A stretch of 64,000 nt of DNA, from assembly GCA_033852035.1 (NCBI GenBank), contig JAWSVG010000003.1, positions 4,091-68,090 of the forward strand. The letters run 5' to 3'. The notes below the pieces were generated by a model, which did no database searches, was not told the origin of the DNA, and saw only the letters and a program-made list of their open reading frames with translations. The DNA is from Desulfocapsaceae bacterium. Lineage in GTDB: Bacteria; Desulfobacterota; Desulfobulbia; Desulfobulbales; Desulfocapsaceae. The translations under genes and the position numbers were made by a program. Shown here in pieces: positions 10,205-19,800 of the stretch (its first letter is position 1; each line of letters begins with the position of its first letter).

Positions 10205-11347
10205 ATGCAAAAAATAGAATGTCTCTTCCTCCTCTGGTCTCTTTGGTATCTCGCCTTTATCAGCCGCATCATCACAGCCCCGATTCTGCCTTTGCTTGAA
10301 ACCGAGCTTGCAATCAGCCACACCATGGCAGGAGCTCTCTATCTTTTCAACAGTCTTGGAGCAACGATTGCCTGCATCCTGGTTGGAAAGCTCAATTTCA
10401 TGTTTGGGTCCAAAAAACTCATAATTGGTGCCTTTGTCTTAGCAGCCGTCGCTTCTTTTGGGATGCTCTACGCCCACGGTTATCTTGTCATTGCAGCACT
10501 GCTGTTTGCAATCGGCTTTGTCGGCGGCACATATTTGCCAAGCGCAATACCTATACTCACCTCCGTTTTTACCCAAAAACAATGGGGAAAGGCTATTGCA
10601 ATACATGAAACTGCTCCCGGCTTTTGCCTGCTTTCAGTCCCTATTGTAGTCGTCTACGCGCTAAAAATAACAGAGTGGCGATCTCTTTTCTTGATGTACG
10701 CGATTTGCCTTATCATGGCCACATTTTTGTTCTGGCGGAGGGCTCCTCAAATAGAAACCAGCAAATCAGACGCTGTTTCGCTTCGAACAATTTTAAAGCG
10801 ACTTGATTTTTGGATTCTTTTTATCCTCTGGGGCAACGCCAGCATGACCAGTATGGGAGTGTACAACATCCTCCCGCTCTACCTGGTGGACGAAAGGGCC
10901 ATGGAGATGAACTACGCCAACCAGCTCTTTGGCTTTTCGCGGGTCGGCGGGCTTATTGGAATCATCTCAATCGGATTTTTTTTGGATCGTTTCAGTACCA
11001 AAAAAATCATGCTGTTTCTGATTGTCGGCGCTGGTTTGTCGACTCTTTTCATCAGCCTCGTTGACTCCAGCTGGCTGTTCAACATCCTACTTGTACTGCA
11101 GGGCACCTTTGGAGTGGTCTTTTTCCCCGTCGGCATCATGGCCATTTCACGGGTAGTACCAATGCATGAACGAAGCGTCTATACCGGCATGTTTATGGCT
11201 GTGTCACAGGTTGTGGGCGTTGGTGCTACTCCTTTTGCACTTGGTGCAATTGCCGACACCTGGAGTTTTCAAATGGGCTTTATCGGACTCGGCGTCTTTA
11301 CCCTCTGTCTTTGCCCACTCGTGAGCCTGCTGACGGAGGTTGGCTAG
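10205..11347 (+). CDS. MFS transporter
   Basis: About 12 hydrophobic segments; motif-A-like FFLDRFSTKK. Confidence 0.88.
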   Translation: MQKIECLFLLWSLWYLAFISRIITAPILPLLETELAISHTMAGALYLFNSLGATIACILVGKLNFMFGSKKLIIGAFVLAAVASFGMLYAHGYLVIAALLFAIGFVGGTYLPSAIPILTSVFTQKQWGKAIAIHETAPGFCLLSVPIVVVYALKITEWRSLFLMYAICLIMATFLFWRRAPQIETSKSDAVSLRTILKRLDFWILFILWGNASMTSMGVYNILPLYLVDERAMEMNYANQLFGFSRVGGLIGIISIGFFLDRFSTKKIMLFLIVGAGLSTLFISLVDSSWLFNILLVLQGTFGVVFFPVGIMAISRVVPMHERSVYTGMFMAVSQVVGVGATPFALGAIADTWSFQMGFIGLGVFTLCLCPLVSLLTEVG

Positions 11348-11413
11348 CCTAAAAGAAGCAAACACAACCCCACCACCCCCCAATAATTAAAGGAACTCGT
11401 GCAGCTATTTACC

Positions 11414-13303
11414 TTAAACCCTGTCTATATGATCAGGATCATTAAAATCCATAGAGATCGACAGCTCAGAGTCCTCATAGCGCACCTTGGCGTTTGGGTA
11501 TCTCTTTGTAAAGACATGCAGCATCGACCTATTCTCGGATAAGGTTGTCGCCGCAAACTGGGTAAATCCATTTTCTTTAGCGATACTTTCAAGTTTACCC
11601 AGCAGGTATGAGGCAATGCCTGCTCCCTGAAAATCCTCTCGCGTCACAAAGGCTATCTCAGCAACGTTGTTGCCAAGATCCATGTACGTTCCCATGGCTG
11701 CAATTTCTTGATGCCGCTTCTTCTGTACCAATCCAATTAAAAACATATTTTTGCGGTAATCAACTGCGGAGTAATCCTCCTGAATCCTGGTATGGGAAAA
11801 CACCTTTTTATCATGGAAGAAACGACGATAAATGGTCTCTTTTTTCAGCGAATAGAAAAAATTCCGATAGGCAAATTCATCAGAGGGAAAAAGAGAGCGA
11901 AAGAGAACAGTCTTGCCGTTCTTCAACACCACCAGCTCCTTGTAATCTTCAAGAAAAATGAGGTCCTCACTTGAGGGCGGAAGCTGGTCGGGGAATATGT
12001 ATCCCAACTCTTTTGCCTCTTCAATAAGGCTTTCACGAAACTGAGGATGGGCAATCTGGGTGAGCTCCATCACCCGCTGATAGATCGATTTACCCTGTAG
12101 TTCGGCGATACCATATTCGGTAATGATAATATCCACATCGGCGCGTGTGGTCGCTATACCGGCTCCGGGGCTGAGATTGGCAACAATCCTGGAACAGATC
12201 CCGTCCTTTGTCTTTGCTGTCGAGGGCAGAGCTATGATGGAAATTCCGCCCTTTGACATTGCAGCACCACGAAGAAAATCGACCTGATCCCCGATCCCGC
12301 TGTAAAACCGGTTGCCAAGCGAATCAGCACAAACCTGCCCGGTGAGGTCAACCTCCAAAGCCGAACTTATAGAAGTAAGATTATCATTTCTCGCAATTAC
12401 TCTGGGATTACTCACATAATCAGAAGAGCGAAAATAAAACATTGGGTTATCGTTGACATAGTCGTAGATTTTTTGCGATCCCATACAAAGGGAAGCAACA
12501 ATCTGCCCAGGCATGAGCGTCTTTTTTTTGTTGGTGATAACCTTCTCTTCCAGAAGCGGCAGCAGGCCATCGGTAATAACCTGGGTATGGATTCCAAGGT
12601 CCTTCTTTTTATTTAGATAGCGCAGCACCGCGTTCGGCAGGTAGCCAAACCCCACCTGCAGGGTTGCCCCGTCTTCCACAACCTCGGCGATATACATACC
12701 TATCCGTTTTGTAACGTCATCCTCTATCTTATTGAGAACCCTATACGAATCGACAATAGGCTCATCGTGCAAGACAAAGTAATCGATCTCGTCCACATGG
12801 ACAAAGGTATCGCCGCGGGTCTTTGGCATCTTGTCATTAACCTGAGCTATTACAATCTCTGCAGAAGCTGCACCCGCCCGTGTGATATCAACAGAGACAC
12901 CGAGACTGCAGTAGCCAAAGGCATCGGGAGGGCTTACCTGAATAAGCGCAACATCAAGACCAATTCTACCGCTGTAGAAAAGATTCGGTATGCGGGAGAG
13001 ATAGTTGGGAATGTAATCGATCTTACCGACGGAGACCGCCTGGCGCATCGCCCAGCTAATAAAAAAGAGCTTGAGCGAGAACCTTGCAAGAAAATCGTCG
13101 TTCTCCACAAAATTAGCCAAGGTTGATGACAACATCTGGTACACCATGATGTCGTACATGTCTTTGTCAGCAACCATTGCATTGATGAGGTGCTGCGGCT
13201 CCCCGCAACCGGTTCCGATAAAGACCCTGTTGCCGGGTTGAATTAATTTAACCGACTCCTTACTGCTCATCACCTTTTCAGGGAAAGATTCCTGCAAATC
13301 CAT
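11414..13303 (-). CDS. Acetyl-CoA hydrolase/transferase fused to a C-terminal GNAT acetyltransferase domain
   Basis: LGVSVD, TLQVGFG, EVDLTGQV, SGIGDQVDF and TEYGIA motifs; C-terminal EIAFVTREDFQGAGIA GNAT motif. Confidence 0.9.
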   Translation of the reverse strand: MDLQESFPEKVMSSKESVKLIQPGNRVFIGTGCGEPQHLINAMVADKDMYDIMVYQMLSSTLANFVENDDFLARFSLKLFFISWAMRQAVSVGKIDYIPNYLSRIPNLFYSGRIGLDVALIQVSPPDAFGYCSLGVSVDITRAGAASAEIVIAQVNDKMPKTRGDTFVHVDEIDYFVLHDEPIVDSYRVLNKIEDDVTKRIGMYIAEVVEDGATLQVGFGYLPNAVLRYLNKKKDLGIHTQVITDGLLPLLEEKVITNKKKTLMPGQIVASLCMGSQKIYDYVNDNPMFYFRSSDYVSNPRVIARNDNLTSISSALEVDLTGQVCADSLGNRFYSGIGDQVDFLRGAAMSKGGISIIALPSTAKTKDGICSRIVANLSPGAGIATTRADVDIIITEYGIAELQGKSIYQRVMELTQIAHPQFRESLIEEAKELGYIFPDQLPPSSEDLIFLEDYKELVVLKNGKTVLFRSLFPSDEFAYRNFFYSLKKETIYRRFFHDKKVFSHTRIQEDYSAVDYRKNMFLIGLVQKKRHQEIAAMGTYMDLGNNVAEIAFVTREDFQGAGIASYLLGKLESIAKENGFTQFAATTLSENRSMLHVFTKRYPNAKVRYEDSELSISMDFNDPDHIDRV

Positions 13304-13360
13304 TCAAGTCCTCACGTTATCTTGTTCGTCTCAACATGCAGACATCAAGAATTCACAACA

Positions 13361-13521
13361 AAGCGTCTTTACCGGCATGCATATGGCTGTCTAACAAGCT
13401 GGTGACGTTGGTGCAACCCCTTTTACATTTGGTACAATTGCAGACCTCTGGAGCTTTCAAGTGCGTCTTATATGGCTCAGCATTTCAGCCCTCTACTCTG
13501 TCCACTCGTGAGCCTGCTGAC
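13361..13521 (+). repeat. Degenerate direct copy of the 3' end of the MFS gene (11173-11334)
   Basis: Colinear similarity estimated by eye at about 70-75%, ending in an identical CCACTCGTGAGCCTGCTGAC. Confidence 0.85.
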
Positions 13522-13920
13522 AATTCACTGCTAAATCTGTAGCAAAAAGATTCGCGCGGATTTGTTTTAACATGTTGTTCCTAAATTTTTTTCGATGTCT
13601 TTCTAGCGCCACAATTTCTTAGGTAACCATTGCCGCTAACGTTATTCCAGCTTTATCAAACAGACGTACGAAGCATTACACACCCTCCGGCAAGGCCCAA
13701 CATTTTCGCAATCATTAAGATAAAACTATATATTTAATCACATCCAGTCAATATCTTTTGCAAATTCTTTCCTTTTCGTATTCTTGCATTCTACATTAGC
13801 GCGAGATAGGCTCACACCGTCCAAAGTTTCTATGCCGTCGCGCAAACCGGTACAATGCTGGCACCTGTTTACAGATTCGGGTTGGCAAGGTATACGTCAA
13901 ATAACCATTCTTGAGGAAGT

Positions 13921-13956
13921 AACTCCTCAGCATATTTTTTAGATTACTGAGGAGTT
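13921..13956 (-). terminator. Probable terminator hairpin downstream of the methyltransferase operon
   Basis: AACTCCTCAG...CTGAGGAGTT 10-bp inverted repeat about 30 nt after the stop at 13989. Confidence 0.55.
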
Positions 13957-13988
13957 CAATTCATCAGAGAACCTTTAGAGTCTCTTTT

Positions 13989-14965
13989 CTAAAACGTTTT
14001 CTTGCTCATAACATCTATTGCACTACTGACAGCATCATAAACTCCGGGAAAAGAACTGACCTTCAAACCTTGCGTCAGGCATGGAATGAAGTAATGCTTC
14101 CCACACGTCGTGCATGCTTTTTCGACATGCTGCGCTATTACATCGGTATCCCAATCAGGATGATCAAGGGGGCCGCTGTCAAGTTCCCCCATGAAGGAAA
14201 TTTGCCTACCGTATTGTTCAACCAGCTGCGGTGTATCATTGGTCGTCATGGCTCCCTGCCATATATCAATTCCCATTTCAATCATGAATGGGACAAGATT
14301 TGCAGCATAGGAATCACTGTGATGGACGATAAGTTCGACCCCGTTGTCTTTCCAGAATTTATACACTTTTTCATAGGGCTTCAGATAAAACTCTGCAAAC
14401 ATTTGCGGGATAATAACGAAGCTATCTGGGAGCCCCAGTCATCATGGTGAAAGAGAGCGTCCGGTTGCAGAGGTTCAATGGCCTGTTGTGCATATCGTAT
14501 TTCGTAGTCTGTGAGGAACGCGATGAATTCATGCATGTGTTCAGGTTCTTCATACAGGTTCATCATGGCATTTTCCATACCCAAGAGATAGTGGGTCATT
14601 TCAAATGTTCCTGAGGCGAAAAAAACAGTAACAAACTTATCTTCACGATCTACGTTTTCTGCATGTTGTATGGCTGGCGCCCATTGTTTGTCAGAGAAAT
14701 CAAGGGGAGGTTCTATAATGGCTTCCCTCCATTTAGTTATATCTTTTATTACAAGATGTTCCTCATCATGTACTGGAAATGAACCTATCTGGTCTTCCGG
14801 CCAGGCCAGAGTAATCCCCCATTCGTTTTGAATAGTCTGTCCCCGCTGAGGGCGTTTTCTTAAAGGTGCTTCCAGGATAATGTCTAAAAATTCAAACTGA
14901 TTGACGAACCTGTCAGGATTGCCGCCGTTAATCGTTTCCATGAGGTTTTGCCGTTTAGTCAACAT
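13989..14965 (-). pseudogene. Uroporphyrinogen decarboxylase / MtaA-like methyltransferase family gene, -1 frameshift
   Basis: Two ORFs (14381-14965 and 13989-14402). DDWGSQ..LLS continues as PQMFAEF if one base is added to the G run at 14407-14409, giving 325 aa with HHSD, DIWQG, SFMGE and IPCLTQG. Confidence 0.85.
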
Positions 14966-14989
14966 GGGTTAATTCTCCTTTGTGTTGTT

Positions 14990-15629
14990 TTATGCTCCTG
15001 CAACAAGTTCTTTTGCAATTACAGCGGCTCTACCGGCATCCGGGGCATAACCCATCCGCACCGATTTCTGCGGCAAATTCCCGCGTAGCAGTGGCCCCTC
15101 CAACGAGTATTTTGAATCCGCCTATCCCACATTCCTTCAGAGCAGTCACTGTGTTTTTCATGGCCTGCATTGTAGTTGTGAGCAATCCTGAACAGGCCAC
15201 GAGTTTGACAGCTTTATCCTCTTTGACGGCAGTTATAAACTTCTCGGCAGGGACATCTACGCCAAGATCTACGACCCTGAATCCTGCACTTTCTATCATC
15301 ATTGCCACCAGGTTTTTTCCAATGTCGTGTAAATCACCCTGCACTGTACCAATGACGCACGTACCAAGGGATGATGAAGCATCTCCTGAAAGATACGGTT
15401 TGAGGAGTACGACAATTCCGTTTGACATTGCTTTGGCAGCTATAAGCATTTCGGGTACGAAAAATTGTCCTGATGAAAATTTTTCCCCAACGACTCCCAT
15501 GGCCTCGACCATGGCGTCCAGAATATCCAGGGGAGCATTGCCTTCATCGAGCGCCTCCTCTACCAGACCGGGGACGAGTTTTGGTTTACCGATTTCTACA
15601 TTTGCTCTTACTTCTTTAATTTTAGACAT
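14990..15629 (-). pseudogene. Corrinoid (B12-binding) methyl-carrier protein, +1 frameshift near the 3' end
   Basis: GTVQGDLHDIGKNLV B12 motif. IGADG continues as YAPDAGRAAVIAKELVAGA* if one base is removed at 15051-15053, giving 212 aa. Confidence 0.85.
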
Positions 15630-15703
15630 AAGAATTTCTCCGTTGATATTTGCAAATAGAGAACATTTGCCACAAAGCCAAATTGTTGAACGAATCTGTA
15701 TTT

Positions 15704-16508
15704 TTACTTAACCGGTCCATAAAGACCTTCTCTAAAGCCATTGATGTATTCGATGCAGTATTCGTCCATACCCATCAATGCTTCCGTTGCGTAGATTAAC
15801 CCCATCGTATGCTTATCCAATGGATTGATTATGGCGCTGTCCATCCCAGCACCCATTGCAAGAACAAGAAATGCTTGATTGATGACTTTTCTGGCGGGCA
15901 GGTTGTACGAAATGTTACTCGCCCCTCCTGTCACGTGAATATCTGGATATGTATCTTTAATGCTTCGTATCACTTGTAAAATAAGGTTAATACCGTCTTC
16001 TGAGGTGCAAAGCATTTCAACCAGGGGATCAACATGTAAACGAGATGGATCAATATTCCATTTTGTCGCTTTATCCATAATAACAGCCAGTATTTCCATA
16101 CGTTTTTCGGCACTCTTTGGTATACCAGAGTCATCACACAGCAGCACAACACACTCCCAGTCAGTATCTGCAATGAGCGGAAAGATGACGTTGACTTTAT
16201 CTCCCTCAAGTGACACAGAATTGACAAGTCCTGGACTGTTGCAGAATTGTATACACTCAAGCACAGATTTGAGCGCTTGGACTATCCACAGCCAAAGGGG
16301 TGGTTGTTTCAGCCTGAACGATATCGATGAGCCATTTCATACTGTCCAGTTCCATGGCTACATCAGTCGCTGCGCAAACATCTATAAAATGGGCACCGGC
16401 GTCAGCCTGAACTTTCGCTAGATGTTGTATAAACTCCGCATCCTTTTGTGCAGTTGCTTTCGCGACAGAAGGAATTGCACCATTTACTTTCTCTCCTATG
16501 ATTATCAT
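15704..16508 (-). pseudogene. Methyltetrahydrofolate:corrinoid methyltransferase (AcsE/MetH pterin-binding family), +1 frameshift
   Basis: MIIIGEKVNG, DVCA and VDSP in ORF 16257-16508; NSVS, DPLV, GASNISYNLP and SAIINP in ORF 15704-16264. Removing one base near 16260 gives 267 aa. Confidence 0.87.
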
Positions 16509-16741
16509 GTCAGACGGTTTCCTCTAGTTTGTGGTTGCATCTCAGTATTCAGGTAATCGCGCACAATTATCCCTGCGGCAGCTGGCTGCATATTGAAACA
16601 GACCGTTAATCAGATGGTTGAAGTATTGACAGACTACCTTGCCAATAGAGATGTTTGTGACAGGTTTATCGGGTTTTTCTCAACTCGTATGGCCCCATTT
16701 GCTTGATATGGATATTCAGAGTTTATTTTCTTGTAGCAACT

Positions 16742-16777
16742 GTCGGTGGTGCAGGGCTCCCTGCTTGCACCACCGAC
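16742..16777. other. Strong GC-rich hairpin abutting the family A repeat
   Basis: GTCGGTGGTGCA...TGCACCACCGAC perfect 12-bp stem with no clear U tract. Confidence 0.55.
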
Positions 16778-16780
16778 CCA

Positions 16781-16927
16781 CTAGGAGCTTGTCCGAGAAT
16801 AGGCATTTTGTTCAAAATCGAGAAATTTTATAAAAATAAGCGCAGCCATATGAGTGATATTGCGAGCATTATTTTTATCGAATTCCGAAGAGTTTGGGGA
16901 AAAGGGCATTCTCGGACAGCCTCCTAG
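16781..16927. mobile_element. MITE-like element, family A, copy 1
   Basis: Terminal inverted repeats CTAGGAGCTTGTCCGAGAAT / ATTCTCGGACAGCCTCCTAG; internal blocks shared with 53739-53901. Confidence 0.78.
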
Positions 16928-16973
16928 GTGTTGAGCTCCTTCTCCCCAATGAGATTTTCCCCTTTGCTTTTCA

Positions 16974-18926
16974 CTACATCCCTAAAAGTTTTGGTAAAAA
17001 CAACGCGACTTCGGGAAGAGCGATCAATATACCTAAGTATATGATGTCAGCTGCGAGGAAAGGCATTATTCCCTTGAAAATTGAATGCATCGGAACATCT
17101 GGAGCCACCCCTTTTATAATAAATACATTGATACCGACCGGAGGGGTTATCATGCCAATTTCGACGACTCGAACCATTATGATGCCGAACCAGATCGGGT
17201 CGAATCCAAGAGCTTGCACAACAGGAAAAAAGATAGGTACGGTAATCAAAACTATGGACAGGGAATCCATGACACAGCCAAGAAGGAGATAAACAGCTAA
17301 TATCATGAGGAGGATGACATATCGATTGAGCGGGAGACTGGAAACAGCCTCGGACAGGGCGTTAGGAAGCTGGGTAACTGTTAAAAAATAACCCAAAAAC
17401 ATGGCTCCCATGAGAACGATAAAACTCATAGACGTGGTTTTAACTGAATCTTTCAGACTCGCTGAAATATTTTTCAGATTCAGTCTTCCACGTAAGATTA
17501 TGAATAAAAATGCTCCAAATGCCCCGACACCACCTGCCTCTGTTGGTGTAAAAACCCCCAGGTAGAGTCCTCCTATGATAATTGCGAAAAGAAATATCAC
17601 TCCCCATGTATTTTTGAGCGACAGCATCCTTTCCCGCATATTCGACAACTGCCCCGGTGGTCCCATTGCCGGGTTCTTTTTACAGATCAGGTATACGGTG
17701 ATCATGTAAAACAGGACCTGTAGAACACCCGGTAAAAATCTAGCCATGAACAGGGTCGATATCGGTTGCGTTGTGAGAAACCCGTAAATGATCAGGACAA
17801 CACTCGGAGGAATAAGAATGCCCAGGGTGCCACCCGCAGCGATACATCCTGTTGCAAGGGAAGGGTGGTATTGGCGATTCTTCATTTCGGGCAAAGCTAC
17901 CATACCCATGGTAGCAGCGGTCGCCAGACTTGACCCACTGACCGCGGCAAAACCACCACAGGCACCAATGGTGGCTATGGCAAGTCCTCCCGGTAGATGT
18001 CCGAGCCAGCGATACACCATCATGTAAAGATCTTTACTGATACCCGAACGATAGGCTATTGCTCCCATCAAAATGAATAATGGCACCACTGTCAGTGGGT
18101 AGCTGCAGGTTGTATCAAATGGAGTCGTTTGTAAAAGGGTCAAACCGGCATGACTGTTGATCACATACATCATCCCACCTGTTCCGACAGCTGACATACA
18201 AAAACCTATCGGAACCCCCATGAACATAAGAATCAACATTATGAGCATTCCGGCTATGCCGACACTTATCGGTTCGAATGGATTTTCACTCTGTAACCCA
18301 ATGACAACTGCCGCAATGGCAAGTAACATCCCGCAGGTAAGAGCAACCCGGTGCCACTTCTTCCAATATTCATTTGAGACAGAAGTCAATTGGGAAGCTA
18401 TCTCTCGCAGCAAAACGACGATGAGCAGCAGAGTTCCTATTGACAGCAAAAGAGAGAAGGGCCATAGCGGCAGTTTCAATAGAGTGGTTGTCAGAAAACG
18501 CTCTTTCTGGGTCCACATATGGACCAGTCCCTGATATGCAATACCAGATACAAGGGTCAGAGAGACCAACCCAGAAAACAGATCCAGAACAAACCTGGTC
18601 TTCGGACCCAAATACATGAGTAAAAGTTCAATACGCACATGTTCTTTCTGTCCGGTTGTATATGCGGCCCCCAAAAACACGACTAAGACAAGCAATACAG
18701 CTGAAAGTTCCTGGGTCCCTTTTATGGGCTGCTGGAAGACGAATCGTCCAATTACATCAAAAGCGGTTAAAAACATCATTGCTGCCAATGCAATCCCGCC
18801 TAGGTAGTGAGTGAAGAGGACAATTTGGTCGACAAATCTGTTGATCCTTCGTCCGACCGTGTTGAGTTGTATATCCATGCTGTTCCGTTCTGAACAAGCA
18901 ATTTGGTCAAGGTTAGTAGTATCCAT
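16974..18926 (-). CDS. dctQM: TRAP transporter fused small and large permease (DctQM)
   Basis: N-terminal DctQ with EHVRIE; C-terminal DctM with SGSSLATAA, LIPPS, TPTEAG and ITPPVG. Confidence 0.92.
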   Translation of the reverse strand: MDTTNLDQIACSERNSMDIQLNTVGRRINRFVDQIVLFTHYLGGIALAAMMFLTAFDVIGRFVFQQPIKGTQELSAVLLVLVVFLGAAYTTGQKEHVRIELLLMYLGPKTRFVLDLFSGLVSLTLVSGIAYQGLVHMWTQKERFLTTTLLKLPLWPFSLLLSIGTLLLIVVLLREIASQLTSVSNEYWKKWHRVALTCGMLLAIAAVVIGLQSENPFEPISVGIAGMLIMLILMFMGVPIGFCMSAVGTGGMMYVINSHAGLTLLQTTPFDTTCSYPLTVVPLFILMGAIAYRSGISKDLYMMVYRWLGHLPGGLAIATIGACGGFAAVSGSSLATAATMGMVALPEMKNRQYHPSLATGCIAAGGTLGILIPPSVVLIIYGFLTTQPISTLFMARFLPGVLQVLFYMITVYLICKKNPAMGPPGQLSNMRERMLSLKNTWGVIFLFAIIIGGLYLGVFTPTEAGGVGAFGAFLFIILRGRLNLKNISASLKDSVKTTSMSFIVLMGAMFLGYFLTVTQLPNALSEAVSSLPLNRYVILLMILAVYLLLGCVMDSLSIVLITVPIFFPVVQALGFDPIWFGIIMVRVVEIGMITPPVGINVFIIKGVAPDVPMHSIFKGIMPFLAADIIYLGILIALPEVALFLPKLLGM

Positions 18927-18963
18927 AGCTCGATCTCTCCTCCACGTAGTATAATCGGGCCAA

Positions 18964-19800
18964 CTACTTGTTACGGTTTAATATGGACAGCATATCTTCA
19001 TAGAAAGCTCGTGCGGGCAGACCCCGTTTTTCAAGTTCAGCTATGTATTCATCGTGTATTGGTCTTGTAATCTCTTTCCAGCGTGCTAGTTCCTCTGGCT
19101 TTAGACTAGAATACTCCCATTTTTCGTGAGTTCACGGGCATCCTTTTCTGCAACATCAAACACATTTGCCTCCATAAGAGAGCCAGCCATACCGCAGAGT
19201 TCTTTCCAGATAACTTCCTGATCTTCTTTTGATATCTTGTCCCAGGAATTGGGATTTGCAGCAATCCAGAAAGGAACCACATAGAGCTGTACGTCGGTAA
19301 TATAGTTGAGACGGTCCACAGGGATCTGACTAAACGCCTCCCATACACTCGTCACACCGTCTACAACACCTTTTTCAATTGCCACATACAGTTCGGAAAT
19401 GGTGATTGCCACGGGAACGGCACCTAGCTTCGAGATGGCATCAGACGCCTGCCTTCCGGAAACGCGCAGCTGCATTCCTTTCATGTCTACAAGGTTCAGA
19501 ACCTTTTTCTTGCTTGTAACGAGCATGAACGGCCTGGTGCAGCCGAAATGAAGAAACTTAGTGCCTTCATACTCTTTCTGCATTTCCGGGTATTTTTCGT
19601 AGAGTTCCCAAAGAGCCGTAGCGCCTGCTTTCGCATTTGCTATCGGTAAGAGAGGTAGCGATATCATCTGTGACAGTGGGAATTGGCCTGGATTGTAAGC
19701 ATTCACGCCCAAGGCTATATCGGCAACGCCTGTTTTAACTAAATCAAAGAATGAAGATGCCTGGCCCAGTGTTTGTGCCGGGAATATTTTGATTCGGACA
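18964..19800 (-). pseudogene. dctP: TRAP substrate-binding protein lacking its N-terminus and frameshifted near 19105-19120
   Basis: The frame is open upstream as VRIKIFPAQTLG..ADIA but has no signal peptide or start. The C-terminus LKPEELARWKE..RGLPARAFYE..NK* is in a different frame and ends at 18964. Confidence 0.85.

Noticed and set aside
11414-13303. CoA-transferase/GNAT fusion as a novelty
   Set aside because: This architecture is common in deltaproteobacteria.
16257-16259. UGA ending the first methyltransferase ORF as possible selenocysteine
   Set aside because: The homologous sequence continues in a different frame, so this is a frameshift rather than readthrough.
14381-16264. Programmed ribosomal frameshifting to explain the split genes
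   Set aside because: No slippery heptamers or stimulatory structures were seen, the shifts go in different directions, and these families are not known to use recoding.
13989-19120. Pyrrolysine (UAG) readthrough in the corrinoid module or dctP
   Set aside because: The UAG codons arise only in shifted frames. No MttB/MtmB/MtbB-type gene or pyl gene is present.
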